From NCBI GenBank assembly GCA_951406725.2, contig OX597830.1, positions 56,234,001-56,298,000 of the forward strand: a DNA stretch of 64,000 bases. The letters are read 5' to 3'. The notes below the pieces were generated by a model. It searched no databases. It was not told the DNA's origin and worked only from the letters and a program-made list of their open reading frames with translations. The translations under genes were made by a program, and so were the position numbers. Of this stretch, positions 24,920 to 39,900 are shown in pieces; within the stretch, counting starts at the first letter, position 1, and the number at the start of each line of letters is the position of its first letter. The stretch is from Octopus vulgaris. Its lineage: Eukaryota.

Positions 24920-27900
24920 AAAAAAAACCATCTTTTATCAATTCAAAATGAACAATTAAGTTACACCATCTAGAAAATTACATATAATAGAAATATTAAA
25001 GTTACGGTGGCACGTAAAAAGCACCATCCGATCGTGGCCGTTTGCCAGCCTCGTCTGGCACCTGTGCTGGTGGCACGTAAAAAGCACCCACTACACTCAC
25101 GGAGTGGTTGGTGTTAAGAAGGGCATCCAGCCGTAGAAACATTGCCAGATCAGACTGGGCCTGGTGCAGCCTTCTGGCTTCCCAGACCCCAGTTGAACCG
25201 TCCAACCCATGCTAGCATGGAAAGTGGACGCTAAACGATGATGATGATGATGAATAATATGCCGATGATTAAGTAAATTAAGTAAAATATTGTTATTTTA
25301 ATTTTAATATTTCTATTATATGTAATTTTCTAGATGGTATAACTTAATTGTTTATTTTGAATTGATACTGAATTTCTTTAATCCATATATTGTGACAAAT
25401 ATATATATTTATTTTAGATCTCTCAACTAGCTGCTGATATCCTTTTGTATTTGCTACAAGCTCAGCTTCTTGTAGATGGTGATATTTGGCAAGAATTCAT
25501 CGCTGCTTTGGCCAAATCTTTGCCTTTGTTACAGGTAAATATTGCTTTACTATATTTTGTAACTTGATACATCTGTTACTCTTGCTATCACTACTACCTA
25601 TTTCTTTACTACCCACAAGGGGCTAAACACAGAGAGGATAAACAAGGACAGACAAACGGATTAAGTCGATTGTATCGATCCCAGTGTGTAACTGGTACTT
25701 AATTTAATCGACCCCGAAAGGATGAAAAGCAAAGTCGACCTCGGCGGAATTTGAACTCAGAACGTAACTGCAGACGAAATACCACTAAGCATTTTGCCCA
25801 GCGTGCTAATGGTTCTGCCAGCTCGCTGCCACTGCTACCACTAGATGCACATGTGGACAAAAATTTGTCTACATACACACACACACACATGCATGCACAT
25901 CTACTACATTCAACAGAATTATGTTATAACTGGTTAACATGGAGCTGTTTTGTTTTCATCTGTAGTCGTATGCTGAGACTGAAACCCCTCTTGGATATTG
26001 CATATTTGGGATGGTGGAGCCTAATAAAGAAAGTGGACCAACATCCTTACCTCGCTGTGAGAAGTTCCGAGGAGTTTTAAGACTTATGTTCTCACCAAAC
26101 AGCAAGTAAGTTTATTACATTCCTTGATTTGATACATCTCCCTGAGAATTATTATTTCAGCTCTATCCAGTCATGTACAATCCTACTGCATAGCACCTTG
26201 GGCAAGTATCTGCTTTTGTAGTGCTGGGCCATGAAAGTGTTGTGAGTGAATTGGAAAAAGGGAAAATGAAAGAAGCCTATCGTATATGTGTGTGTGTTTG
26301 TATGTATCCTTGTCTTGACATCATGTGATGATTGTTGTAATGAGCATCACCATTGCCAATCTCTGAAAAACATGTCTGGCTAAAGGAAATTATTACCTTG
26401 CTTGGACACAAGTGATGGTTGGTGACAGGAAGGACATCTGGCTGTGGAAAATCTGCCTCAACAAATTAGATCTGACCCATGCAAGCATGGAAAAGTAAAG
26501 GATAGAAAACGATGATGTTGATATGATTTGAGAGATATTTGACTACTATTTCTAGCTGGTCAAATGATCATGTATAGGTTCCTCTCCCTTTTTAATTTTG
26601 TCGTGATTGTGATTTGTACTTGTTTATTTCAGAGTTCGTTGTGAGGCTGTGACACACCTGCTGTGGTTCATCTGTCATGAGAAGGAGCAGGAGTTGAAGC
26701 TACCCCAGGTGAATGACCTCAAGATACCCGAGTTACCAGACTTCTTCTCCATGCCATGTTTACAGCTATTGGAGTTGGAGTTGGAACAAGAAACCTCGGT
26801 CTTTAACGTAAGTTAACTTTATGTATTACTGTGATTCTATGTTAGGGTGGTAGACTAGCAGAATCAATAGGTCACCTAACTAACACTTATAATGTTTAGT
26901 CTTTGTTCTGAGTTTCAATCATGATAAAACCAACTTAAACTTTTAACTGATTATTCTGTCCTCATCACCCGCCAAAAGTAAAATTGTGCCTTTGTCTCCA
27001 TCTTAGAAATCAATAATTATTATTTTGGAAAATTGTTTAGACAGAAGTATGAAGAAGTTTTCTCTACCTTGTTTCAGCTTTTATTCAGTTTGTGCTTTCC
27101 TTGACATGTCCTCTCTTTTCCTATACAAATATCATACAATTCTACCCTTTACTGCCTCTGCCGGCTGAGGTAATAGTTCTCTGAACATTTTCCAACTCAT
27201 TCTTACTCTACCTACTAATTAGCAAAGATTGATTCAGAACATCCACTGCTAATTAAATTACCGATGTACACCATATGGAATTCTTGCGTACTTCTTTTCT
27301 GCATGGCCATTTCTTACTGAACATGGCCATTTCTTAGATGATAGCAGGGTCCTCTTTTTCTCTACTACTTACTAATACTTGAATCTTCACTCAGTAAACA
27401 TTGAGGCCCTTCAATTCTAGGTTTCATTTCCACATTTGAAATTTCTTTTATACACCAACTGCTGATTCAGCTGTAAATGCTAGATCATTAACACATAGGA
27501 GTTCCCATGGGTACCTGACCTTAAACTCATCATCATCATCGTTTAACGTTCGCTTTCCATGCTAGCATGGGTTGGACGGTTCGACTGGGTTCTTGGAAGC
27601 CAGGAGGCTGCACCAGGCCCAGTCTGATCTGGCAGTGTTTCTATAGCTGGATGCCCTTCCTATCGCCAACCACTCCGTGAGTGTAGTGGGTGCTTGCGTT
27701 GAGGAGAGACCCGTGATGAATCCCTACTTTAATACTCAATTGATTGTTGAACTCATTGCTTACTCTCTCTTTGCTAACACTACCTCTGTACATAGCTTGT
27801 TTTGCTCTTACAAGCCATTTATCCTATCTTAGTTTCTTCAGCAACCATCAAATCACACTTCAGGGTACCTTGCCACTGGCCTTTTCTCAGTCAACAAATA

Positions 27901-30900
27901 TCAAGTATAGCAGCTTACTCTTGGCTAAGTATTTCTCTGTTGTCAATTCTCTAGGAAGAGAGCATCAGTAATATTCCTCCCAAGTACAAAGCTGAATTGC
28001 ATTTCATCCAGGTTAATTCTCACCCTGATCAACTGACATTACACCCTTCCCCCATTTATGGCTACCTGCCTGTCTACCTGCTTTGAAACAAAAGATATAA
28101 GATATATATAAAATGTATGCATGTCTATGTTTCTAGGCTGATGATGTAACCAAAGTGTATAACATATTCTGTTCCAAGACACTTGATGAAGAAATGAAGA
28201 AGTCAGCTCTCGAACAGCTTGCTATTATGTTACTCGGTAAGTTTACATAATTTTTCTCAGATTACATTAAACATCTACTTTGTACTTTTCTCGTATTCCT
28301 TCCATCAACACCATCATGTTGTAGTTGTAAATTTTGTTAAAGTGAAACTGTTCTCTAGTTACTTATCTGTGTGTTTGTGTGTGAAATTTTTTATTCTTTT
28401 GAAACCAACCTGCCTGAGATTACCCCTGGTTCTATGATAGAAGCTTCTTGCTTTAAAAGGATCTAACCCTTTAGTATTTAAACAGGCCATATCCAGTTCA
28501 GATATTTAGCCTGTTTTATGTTCAAACTAGCTAGATCTGGCCTCTCACACCTACACTACAACGCCATTTTAAAAATCAACAATCACATCTCTGAAGTCTC
28601 GAAGCTATGGAGATAATGCATAATTTAATTTAAAACAATGTGAATAAAGAAGCATTACATTTCACATAGTAATCCGAATGCTAAAGGTTTAAATTGAAAC
28701 CTAACACCAGCTTAATAGTCAAAACTATTTTTCCAAATTCTTTGGTTAATTCATTATTCTGAATCTTTTTATTATTGAGGAATCTTTGAAATACATGTCA
28801 TGTCCCTGGGAATCTCTGCATAAAAAGTGTTATATGTCTTCTTCAATCTATCTTTTAAGTCTTTTGTCATCATCATCATCATCATATAACATCCACTTTT
28901 CTCCATGCTTTCACATGTGAAATGGAATTTGTTGAGGCAGGTTTTTCTATAGCTGGATGCTCTTCCTTGTCACCAACCCTCACCTGTTTCCAAGGATAAC
29001 AATATTTTACCCATTGCCAGACATGTTCCCATGGAATACTAGAAACGGACACTGCTTGTATGGTGATCATGCTTGTTAAACTATTACGTTATGTCCAGAC
29101 AAGGAGACAGTAACATGCATACATGCATGTACACACATATGCACACATGACTAACTTCTTTCAAATTCCACCCACCTTTTGATTAAAGGTGTTCTGGCTG
29201 CGACCATCTGGTCATTTTTTTTTGTTTTTTTTTCCAGCATCATGTATCTATAATTACATTATCAAATTTCACACTCCATTTTTTTTATAATCATACAGTG
29301 GGAGTTGAGAGAGCTTTGACTGCTATTTCTAGCAGTGTGAGCATCCCCAAACAGTATACAGACCCGCTAATGATGTGAAGACATAAGTCATTAAATCCAC
29401 TACAAAATCAGCCTGTCAAACTACTTATTCTTCCCTCACCCACCATCTTGTTTGTAATGTCAGTTTCTGTCAAAATGTCTTTTACCTCTGTTTTTCACAT
29501 TCTTTGTTCATTATTACTCTCCAGATCACAATCTTCATAACATCTTCAAAGAACTTGGTGGCATCGAAGAAATTTTGTTCTATATCCATAAAAGTGTTTT
29601 AAAAGAACAAGCTTCATCTGAGGTAAACTTTATTATCATTATTATTATTATCAGGGCAGCAAGCTGGAGGACAAAATGCTTTGCAACATTTCATCCCTCT
29701 TTACATTACCAGTCAAGTACTAGGGTCAATGTAATCCACTTCCCCCACGTTTAAAAACTGTTGACCCTGTATTAAAATTTGAAATCATTATTATTATTAT
29801 TATTTCGAACCAATTCTACTATATGGCTCAGAAACCTGGACGTTATCAAAGAAGCTTGTGAGGCGGTTGGATGGAACTTACACTTGCCTCATGAGAGCTC
29901 AAAATCTTTCGTGGAAGCGTCATCCAACCAAAGTACAAATATATGGGAAATTGCCACCTGTATCATCTCTTGTGAAAGGTAGAAGAGTCCAGTTTGCTGG
30001 ACATTGTTTTAGAGCTGAAAAAGAGGTAATTTCTACTCTTGAAGCCATCCGCTCACAATACCAGAGAGCGCACACTCTCCTACCCTGATGTAATCTCCAG
30101 GGATACAGGCATCCAGCAACAGGACCTCCGTAATGCTATGATGGACCGTGAACTCTGGTGTAACACAGTAAATTCCATTGTATGATGATGATGATTATCA
30201 TTATTATTATATTGAAGGCAGTGAGCTGGCAGAATTGTTAGCACGTTGGACTAAATGCTTAGCAGCATTTCATCTGTCTTTACATCCTGAGTTCAGATTC
30301 CTTCCATCAAGGTCAACTTTGCCTTGAATCCTTTTTGGGGTTGATAAACCAATTATCAGTTGAGCACTGGGATTAATGGGATCAACTTAGCCTCCTCTTG
30401 TTGTTATTATTAAGGTGGTGAACTGGCAGAATCTTTAGCACACTGGAGAAAATGCTCAGTGGTATTTTGTCTGTTTCTGTTCTTGAGTTCAAATTCTACC
30501 AATGTCACCTTCACCTCTCATCCTTTTGGGGTTGGTGTAATTGATTTACCCCCTCTTCTAAACTTACTGGCCTTGTGCCCCTTGAAAAAAGAATTATTAT
30601 TATTGTTTTTTTTTTATATATATAAAGGGCTTTCAGCCTGGAAACTGTGGATAACTTCTAGAAATCTCTAGGTCCAAAGGAGTTGGGTGTAGGCATTGCC
30701 CCTACAAAACAAACTTTACAATCATGGAAGTTCCATTAGCAGGGCCTGTATGAAGTGTGCTCTGAGTAACAACCCATTTAGTAGCTAAGCATTGCTTTTT
30801 ATCCTTCCAAAGTTGATAAAATAAAATGCTAGGGTCAACACAACCAACTGCTCCCTTCTGCTACAAAATTTCTGGGCTTCTTATTTTTGGCCTCCTTATT

Positions 30901-33900
30901 GTGTTGTTCATTAAAACTGCAACTTAAATACTAGGATTTTCTTCCTGTATCAGAAATGGAATCAGATCTGAACAGAGTTTGATTTTATACCAGACTTAAA
31001 TATGAATTACACTCCTCTACTGCCAGCATATGTCTTCTGGTATCATTATCTTTCTCCCTCCCACCTTTCTCTCTCCTCTTTCACTCTCTCACCCCTCTAC
31101 ACATTTACTATGTGTGAAAAAAGTGACACAGCATATGTCTGATTGTATCATTATCTCTCTTTCTCTCTCTGTCTCTCTCACATACACACCCATGTGCTAC
31201 TATGTAAAAAAAAGAAAAGATACATAGGAAGTTGTATGAAAGTCTATTGGAGGGTTGTACGTATTCTTAGATGGCAAAGTTACCTCGTTGCCTGGTTTAA
31301 CATCACCACAGGATCATTAGATATCATTAGGGTTCGCTCTGTTGCGAGCATTTGGACCAGGTTTCTGGTTTGCATCCTTGTCTTCCCTCAAACCACCCAC
31401 ATTAATTGCACGTTGTCCCTAACCCCCCTTAAAAACAGGGAGTCCTAAAATGACTGTTTAGTTATATCCCTGAGTTCTGACCAATTCTATAACCTTAAAA
31501 GCGTTTCCTTTTAGCTACCCCAGCTGGGGCCATAATGGGGTATCACCTTTAAACTTCGTTATAAAGAGACAGTGTTCCATTTTTTCCCTTTTGTCCATCT
31601 CCCCTAAGTGGATGGAATGGGAGCAGGTGTTCACAAAAATAAACATCAGTTTTGAACCAGAGCTGATTCAGTTGACAACTCCACTTTTGTTAAAAATTTA
31701 CACCCTCATGTTTCATTAAAAATTTCTCAAATGAATCTTTCCACTTTGTAATATTTTTTGTTAATTTTTCATTAATTTTTTGTGTTTGTTTTGTAATTTC
31801 TTTCCCCTCTAGCAGAGACTCATTAACTACACCATCTTTCTTCCTTGTTGCGTGAATATTCTGTCTGTGATTCTACAATACAACAGTACTGAAAGACATC
31901 GACTGAAGGACAAAGAAGAATTATACTACAGCTTGCTACGAGGTCAGTTCTCTTTTGATTCCACCTCTTTCTTTTCCTACTATATTGATCATCGATTGCC
32001 ATGCCATTCAGATGTCAATCTACACTACTGGATGAAAGCCATAGCATGCTGCTGCAAGCTTATCTGGTTATAGGCCTACATGCCTGCTAACTGTGGGTTG
32101 GATGCAGTGTTCTCATGGCCAGGTGACTAGCTTTGGCTGTCAGCACTGAGGTGGAATTCAAATTTAGAATGCGAAGGGATTAGAACAGATGCTGTATGTC
32201 ATCTCATATTAATCTCCCACCCTGGACTGCTACTTAATTTATTGACGCCATCCTTGCACCAAGACAAAGTTCGTAATTGGTTTAGATTTAATCAAAGACT
32301 AAATTTGTATTTTGATATTGAATCAAAACAAGAACTAAATAGAAAAAGTAAATACAAATGGTGATATTTGTTTGCAGTCTTACAAAAGAATGCTTTAGTT
32401 GTTTGTGCTGAAGTTGTCCCTCTATTATATGTATTCTGATATATCATGTAGGGCTTCAGTGGTCCCTTCAGTATGTTAGTCTGTCCATTACCATATGTAG
32501 AGCTATACCTGTCTCCTAAATGTGTTAGGTTTGTCCCCTAGGATAGTATGTAGAGCTACAACTTCCTTTGAATGTTAGATTTATCCTTTACCATGATGTG
32601 TAGGGTTACATCTGTTCCTTAAATGTTAAGCTTGTTCCCTACCATAATATGTAGGACTACAGCTGTCTCTTAAATGTGTTAGGTTTGTTCCCTACCAGAA
32701 AATGTGGGGCTACTGTTATCCCTGAAAGGTTAGGTTTGTCCCCTACCATAATAAATAGAACTACAGCTGTTCCTTAAATGTGTTCAATTTGTTCCCAATG
32801 ATAATGAATTTATTTTTGATACTTGGTTATATCACCCAACTGAGTATCAACTTTACCTTTCTCTCTTCTGGACGTAGGAGATTGATGAAATAAATTTACA
32901 GTTATATACTGAGGTTGACATACCAACTATACTAGACCACTAAAATGTTTGCTTCTGGGCCTATGCTAGAAATCAATATTTAGTTTCATCACCCTCCCTT
33001 GAATTCTGACTTTAAATCCTGCAAAGATGGACTTTTCATCATACTGAGATTAATAAAATAAATGCTAATTGCATACAGAAATTGATGCAATGAACCAGGT
33101 TTGTGATCCTGTCCCTGCATTAAGAAAGGTTACAATTTACTTTCTACCTCTCCCTCCACTACTTTGCTCTCTCACTCTCTATTTTGCTTTGACAATTAAT
33201 GTAGGTCCTTTTTGTTTTTCAGTTGCTTTGCTACATGACCAAGAGGAATCCTTAAAATATGAGGTTACCAAAATCTTGACCTTTCTCTTGTTTGATGAAG
33301 TGATTCTCTCAGATGCAGCGTATGTGTCATTTTTAAAAAATCTAAAATACCTCTGTAAATGTCACTTCAATGATTGCATCAAACATTAAGTAGCATTAAG
33401 TGATTTACTAGTTTCTTATACACACATGTGCACAATATACAGACACGTGTGTGTAATATATGAATTTGAAGTCTTACAGCTGTTTCTGGGATAACCCAAG
33501 TGGTTGGTTAGCATGTCCACGCACTGGGTATTCCATCATCAGAGACAAGGTATGAATATTTTAGATGGGCAAAATTTACAGTTGATAAGGAATAAAATAG
33601 AAGAATAAAGTCGTAAAATAGAATAAAAAAGAGTAAAAGTAGTTAGAAGAATACAGGCAAGAGAATAATGTTCACAACTTGTCTTTTTCCAGAGTATATG
33701 AATGTTGGTCAGTACTTCCCTGAAGGTACAGGTTTTTAGTTAAAATTGAGGGGTTTGTATATAGACAACACATTATTGGTTACTATGGGCCTAGAAGACA
33801 AGCCTTGTCCTGGAGATCTGTAGAGTTCAACAAGGATGTCCTGCAAACCCTGGTGGAACAAAATCCCATCATAACTGTTGAAGACCTAGCAGAGAAGTTT

Positions 33901-36900
33901 GGATTTGGGCGTTTTGCTCATATATATATATATATAGATTTGTACATCTACATATGTGTCTCCTGTATATTGTTTCTCTCTAATTGAGATACTTGGCAGG
34001 CAGCCTACTGTTTTGATGATGTTTGTGTATGTATGTATGTATATTTGTATATAAAATCTGTTTAAAATCTAATTTCAGTTGTAAATCACCAGATGACAAA
34101 ACAAAGTTCATCAAGTTTTCGATGCCTTATTTTGTGTGTAAGAGGTGTGTATTCTCTCTTTATATATTAAAAGTTGTATATAATGTTTATGTATATATAT
34201 ATATTGTGTGGAAAAGGTATGTATATACTGATTATATATTTATATTGTATAAAAAGTGTGTATATTTTTATATATTTATATATTGTGTGTAAAAGGTGTG
34301 TATATTCTGTTTATATATTGTCTGTAAAAGATGTGTAAAATGCCCTCATGCAGGTGCATATACTTGTGCTGGTGGCATATAAAAAGCACCCAGCACACTC
34401 TGTAAAGTGGTTGGCATTAGGAAGGGCATCCAGCTGTAGAAACCATGCCAAAACAGACAATTGGAGTTTGGCCAACACCTGTCAAACCATCCGATCCATG
34501 CCAGCATGGAAAAAAGATATGTTAAACGGTGATGATGATGACTCTGATAGCATAATTCTTATATAGTAGTCTCTAAATGTAGTCCCTCTTACTCAGTACT
34601 CCCACAAGATACTCCTCCTTACAATTTACTCCTTTTGTAAAATTTACCAATTTTTATTTTTCTAACAACTGTCATTAAACTGAGCTACTCTACAAGATGT
34701 ATTTATGGGCTTTTCCTCAATTTTTCAGATACAACTTCCCATACAAACCTCCTATACATCCTCAGAGTACCTCCATTTATTCTTCGGAATATTCCACTTT
34801 AGATCCACTCACGCCATCTCTCAAAGAAATGATTCGCTTTGCTTGGAACTTTGCCTGGCATCATGGTATCAATGGCCTTGTACAATTTGGACAGACTTCA
34901 TCCACATCATCAGAAACAGTTGTTGAGTAAGTAATCTCTATTTTCAGACTTATTCTCTCATTCACTTCTTTATTTTGTTTCATTCATTTGAAATGTCTGC
35001 AGGCATCCCTCAATTTATGTCATTTTGAAGTTACATCTTTTTTGACTTTACGTTGTTTTTATGATGTCAGTTTATTTGATTTTGTGTCAGTCTCAGCAAA
35101 CATTTATAGCAAGTCATGAAAAGTGGCAACATGACGTAATGGTCGTTTGCCTGAACAAGCATAATTGTTGGTAATCCCATTGGTTAAAATTACTGCCCAT
35201 ATACGAATTCTAAACTTTTGTCAAAGAAATCTTTCACAAAATATGGTTCTTAGTATTCGGATATGAACAGTTATAAAAACCCTGACTTTTTGGAAATTAT
35301 TCAGTGTTCGTAGGATGTTACTAAACTCCATGACACTCACAATAGTGATTGTAGGATTTTACTAAATATTGGCTATTTTTATGCCATATCTATGATAAAA
35401 ATCTAACAAGACTTATTTGAGTTGTTGTGAACCCTAGTAGTTAGTATAGTATAGTAGCATCTGTGCTAGGGGGGGGTGCAAAGAGCACCATACGAGTGTG
35501 ATCGTTAACAGAGCGGCTATTTGAGTATGATCATTACCAGCATCGCCTTACTGGCCCTTATGCGTGTGCTAGTAGGGTGCCATGAACACCATCCGAGCGT
35601 GATCGTTGCCAGAGCAGCCAACTGGCTTCCATACCCATGGCACGTAAAAGGGCACCATTTGAGCATGATCGTTACCAACGTCGCTTCACTGGCACGTGTA
35701 CGTGTAAAAGGATTTGAGCGAGGTCATTGCCAGTACCGCCTGACTGGCCCCCGTGCAGGTGGCACGTAAAAAGCACCCTCGGAGTGGTTGGTGTTAGGAA
35801 GGGCATCAACTGTAGAAACTCTGCCAGATCAAGACTGGAGCCTGGTGCAGCCATCTGGTTCACTAGTCCTCAGTCAAATCGTCCAACCCATGCTAGCATG
35901 GAGAGCGGACTTTAAATGATGATGATTAGCTAGTGTGAACTTTGTCATAATTCTCCATGACAAAACGACTTTACTTCCCAATTGTACTATAAATGCTAAA
36001 TGTACATAAATAAACAGTAACCTCAAGCCTTGTTTGGGACAAAAATGGAATCTTTTCCTTTTGATAGCCAGATTTCAACATAATTTCTAGTTAACTAAAC
36101 ACTTTAAAACTTTGTATACTGGTAGAATGTGTCAAAAGAAAACATTATTTTCACTTGGCTTTTTTGATAAATTTGTAATTCGTTTGTTTAACGTAGTTTA
36201 ATTTTTCGAATTTTAACCAATCCTATGCTCTCTTTTGAGCTGAAATCATTTGCTGCGTTTAAAAACTGAGACAGCATCCGTTTTGTTTGTAATGTAGCGT
36301 TCGTGATATCAGGCTAACCTACCGGCCCCATGGTGGGATTTTTTTTTTTTTACGATTATTTGTAAATTCACGTTTATTTATCGATAACGAATTACTGCCG
36401 TTGTTTAGACTGGCCCCAGTACATAACTGGTTCTTAATTTATCCCTAACCCTAAACCTAACCCCTAACCCTAACCCTAAACCTAACCCCTAACTCTAAAC
36501 CTGACCCCTAATCCTGAACCTAACCCCTTACCCTAACCCAAGCTAGCGACCGATGCCGGAAGGCTGTCACGAGTTAGAGGTTAGGGTTAGGTATAAATTA
36601 ATTACCAGTTACGCACGCACTGGTGTCGATAGAATCGACTTAATACATTTGTCTCTCATGCTTTGTCCCCTCTGTGTTTTGCCCCTTGCCGGAACAAATT
36701 TACACAAAAGGTAAATAAACCAGAAATGGGAGATCAATGTTTCATCGTTTCGGGGTCGATAAATTACGTACCAATTATGCACTGGTGTCGAGGATTTTTT
36801 TCCCAATTTATATCACAGCCTCCGACAAGCTGGGGCATCCTTTTATGAAAAAATATTTCGCAAATTTTTACAATACGACCCACACTCCACGCACCCTCAT

Positions 36901-39900
36901 ATCCCACTCTAGACCGATTTAGGCATATTATTGTTTTGTTTTTGTTGTTGAGAAGCCTTTTTGGTAAAAAAAAAATAAAGAAAATATTCAAAAAATATCG
37001 TTAATATTTTTATTGGGCGACAAAATTCATCGATTTAAGAGATATGGCTGTTGTTTCTAGCACATGCCAACACAACCCTTCTTGTTTGTTTATCAATATC
37101 GATAACAGTGACAGGATGTTGTCTCAGTTTTTAGACGCAGCAAATGATTTCAGCTCAAAAGAGAGCATAGGATTGATTAAAATTCGAAAAATTAAACTAT
37201 GTTAAACAAACGAATTACAAATTTATCAAATAAGCCAAGTGAAAATAATGTTTTCTTTTGACACATTCTACCAGTATACGAAGTTTTAAAGTGTTTAGTT
37301 AACTAGAAATTGTGTTGAAATCTGGCTATCAAAAGGAAAAGATCCCAAAAATGTATTAACCCCACCACCAAAAAAAATACCTATCACCACATCAATACTA
37401 AATTTATATTGCTGTACACATGATGTATATTCTGTCCTATGCTGTGTTCCATAATGTACCATCAATCTTCTTTTCAGATATCCTAAACATTTGGAATTAA
37501 GTTCTACAGACTTTCTAATTATCAAAACCAGTCATTTACCCACTGGCCTTCAAGAGGCTGTCCAAGCTATTTCCACTGCCACGAATCATTTTGCTGTCAA
37601 TTCAGCTTTAAATGTGCTTCATCTTTACATGGTAATGCCAGGAAACTGCCAAAATATCTCCTGCAAGACTTTACACCAACTCAAATGGAACGAAGCATTA
37701 TCTCGGTGAGTTCAGTAATAATTACATTATTTCAGCCTCACATATGCATTGGATTTCTTTGCTATTCCCCTCTTCCAGGAAACATAATCATCGCAAGATG
37801 AAGTAGGTTTAAGGAAGTATATTAGTTTCACATTTTGGCACAACGCCAGTAATTTCGGGACAGGGGTAATGAGTTGATTAAATAGACCCCAGTTCTCAAC
37901 CGGTACTTATTTTATTGACACTGAAAAGATGAAAGGCTAAGTCGGCCTTCGTGGGATTTGAACTCAGAATGTAAAGACGGATAGAATACTGCTAAGCATT
38001 TTGCTTGGTGTACTAATGATTCTGTCACCTCACCCCCTTATGTTTAAACCTAGCTGTGTGATTAAGAAGTTCACTTTGCAACCACATTGTTTCAGTGTTA
38101 CTGTGTGACACCTTAGGCAAGTGAATTTGGTTGACAGAAACTAAAAAGAAGTTTGTTGTCTCTATGTGTGTCCTTGTCGTTAAATTTGTGCTGACTGTAA
38201 AGAAATTTTGCTGTCATACAAGTGGTGACAAGAAGAAGGAAAATATTACCTTGCTTGGAAACAGGTGAGGGTTGGTGACAGGAAGGGCATTGGTATGTAG
38301 AAATTTTACCTCAGAGATTCTTGTCTTAACTGTGCAAGCATGGGACAGTGGACATTAAAACAATGACAAATGAAATGACAATAATGTTTAGTCCAGACTA
38401 GCAATGCCATCAAGCAATCCTATGATCAAAGATGTTCTACCCATCTCCATGCTGACTTTCATTCAGACGTGGTGAATTGTTTAAATCCCAAAGAATTTCT
38501 CTCAACACATACCTATGCTGCTCTCCCACTGCTACTGTGTGTGATCAGAGATGCACATATCGTCAGAGCCATGCTTAACTGATTACGATCAGGCAACTGA
38601 CAAACAAATCTGCAATATTAAACAGAATATTTACTGTAGCCCATCTTTTACACCAAGACAAAACATGTATATGTTAACACTTTCAGTCAATAAGATTAGG
38701 AGCCATGAGAGCCACTGCTTGGTATTGCATCAGGGCATTTATTATTATTATTAAGGCGCAGTGAGCTGGCAGAATCATTAGCATGCTGGGCAAAATGCTT
38801 AGCGGTATTTCATCCATTTTTACATTCTTTAAATTCCGCTGAGGTCGACTTTGCCTTTCATATCCTTTTGGGGTCAACAAATTAAGTACCAGTGAAATAC
38901 TGGAGTCGATGAAATTGACTAGTCCCTCCCACCCCAAATTTCAGACCTTGTGCCTATAGCAGAAAGGATTATTATTATTATTATTATTATTATGTCTGTT
39001 TTACATGCTGGCATGGGTTGGATGGTTTGACATGGAATTGGTCATCTGGGGTAGCTGTCCAGACTCCAATTGTCTGTTGTTGCATGGCTTCTACAGCTGG
39101 ATGCCCTTCCTAACACTGGTCACTTTACTGAGTGTACTGGGTGCTTTTTATGTGCCACCAGCACAGGTGCATTTTTTTAAGCAGTGCATTTTATGTGGCA
39201 CTGGCACTTGTAAAGGACAAGCATGTATATATGGATGGCAGTGATGACTGTGGCGCACGGCTGAGCACCCCACTTGTTCTGGGATGTGCGGCCCATCACC
39301 TCTTCCCCTCCGTCTTCCACTGCTTTGCTCCATCCACCTTTTTCTTTTCCATTCTCATCTCTCTTGCTTCCTGTTTCTTTGTATCTGTATGAATCTTTCA
39401 AATTTAAGAAACTGTTTTAATTGGTTAAGGGGAAAAAAAAACATTGTTGAAGTATAATATAATGAAATTATTGTATACAGTGCTCAGGTGCACCACCACT
39501 TGTCAAAAGTGTGTATAAAGTATATGCAGTAATGTACAAATGTCTGGAAAGCGAACAGTATATAAGTCATATACATGCTTGCTTGTGTATGGAGGGGGGA
39601 AAATCAGGTGTAGTGTTGGCGAATCTCAGGAAGCATGGAAGTTTTGAAGGATACAGTGTTCCGACAACTAACAACTGATGCCTGCAGTCTGTTCCATGCT
39701 TCAGCAATCTTAGTGTGAAAAAACGTTTCCGAAAGTCATGGGAGCTGTGCTGTTTTCTGACTTTGTAAACATGCCCATGGGTGTTAGACAGGTGGAGTTT
39801 GAAAAGGTGCTCAGAGTTATTGTTTGTAAGATGGTTAATGATTTTATGGGTGTCTGCCAAGTCAGCTGCCAGACGCGGGGTTTTAATGTGTCCATGCCCA

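Noticed and set aside
36443-36591. True telomere or chromosome-fusion site
   Set aside because: Short, degenerate, and enclosed within TIRs in an intron of an intact gene.
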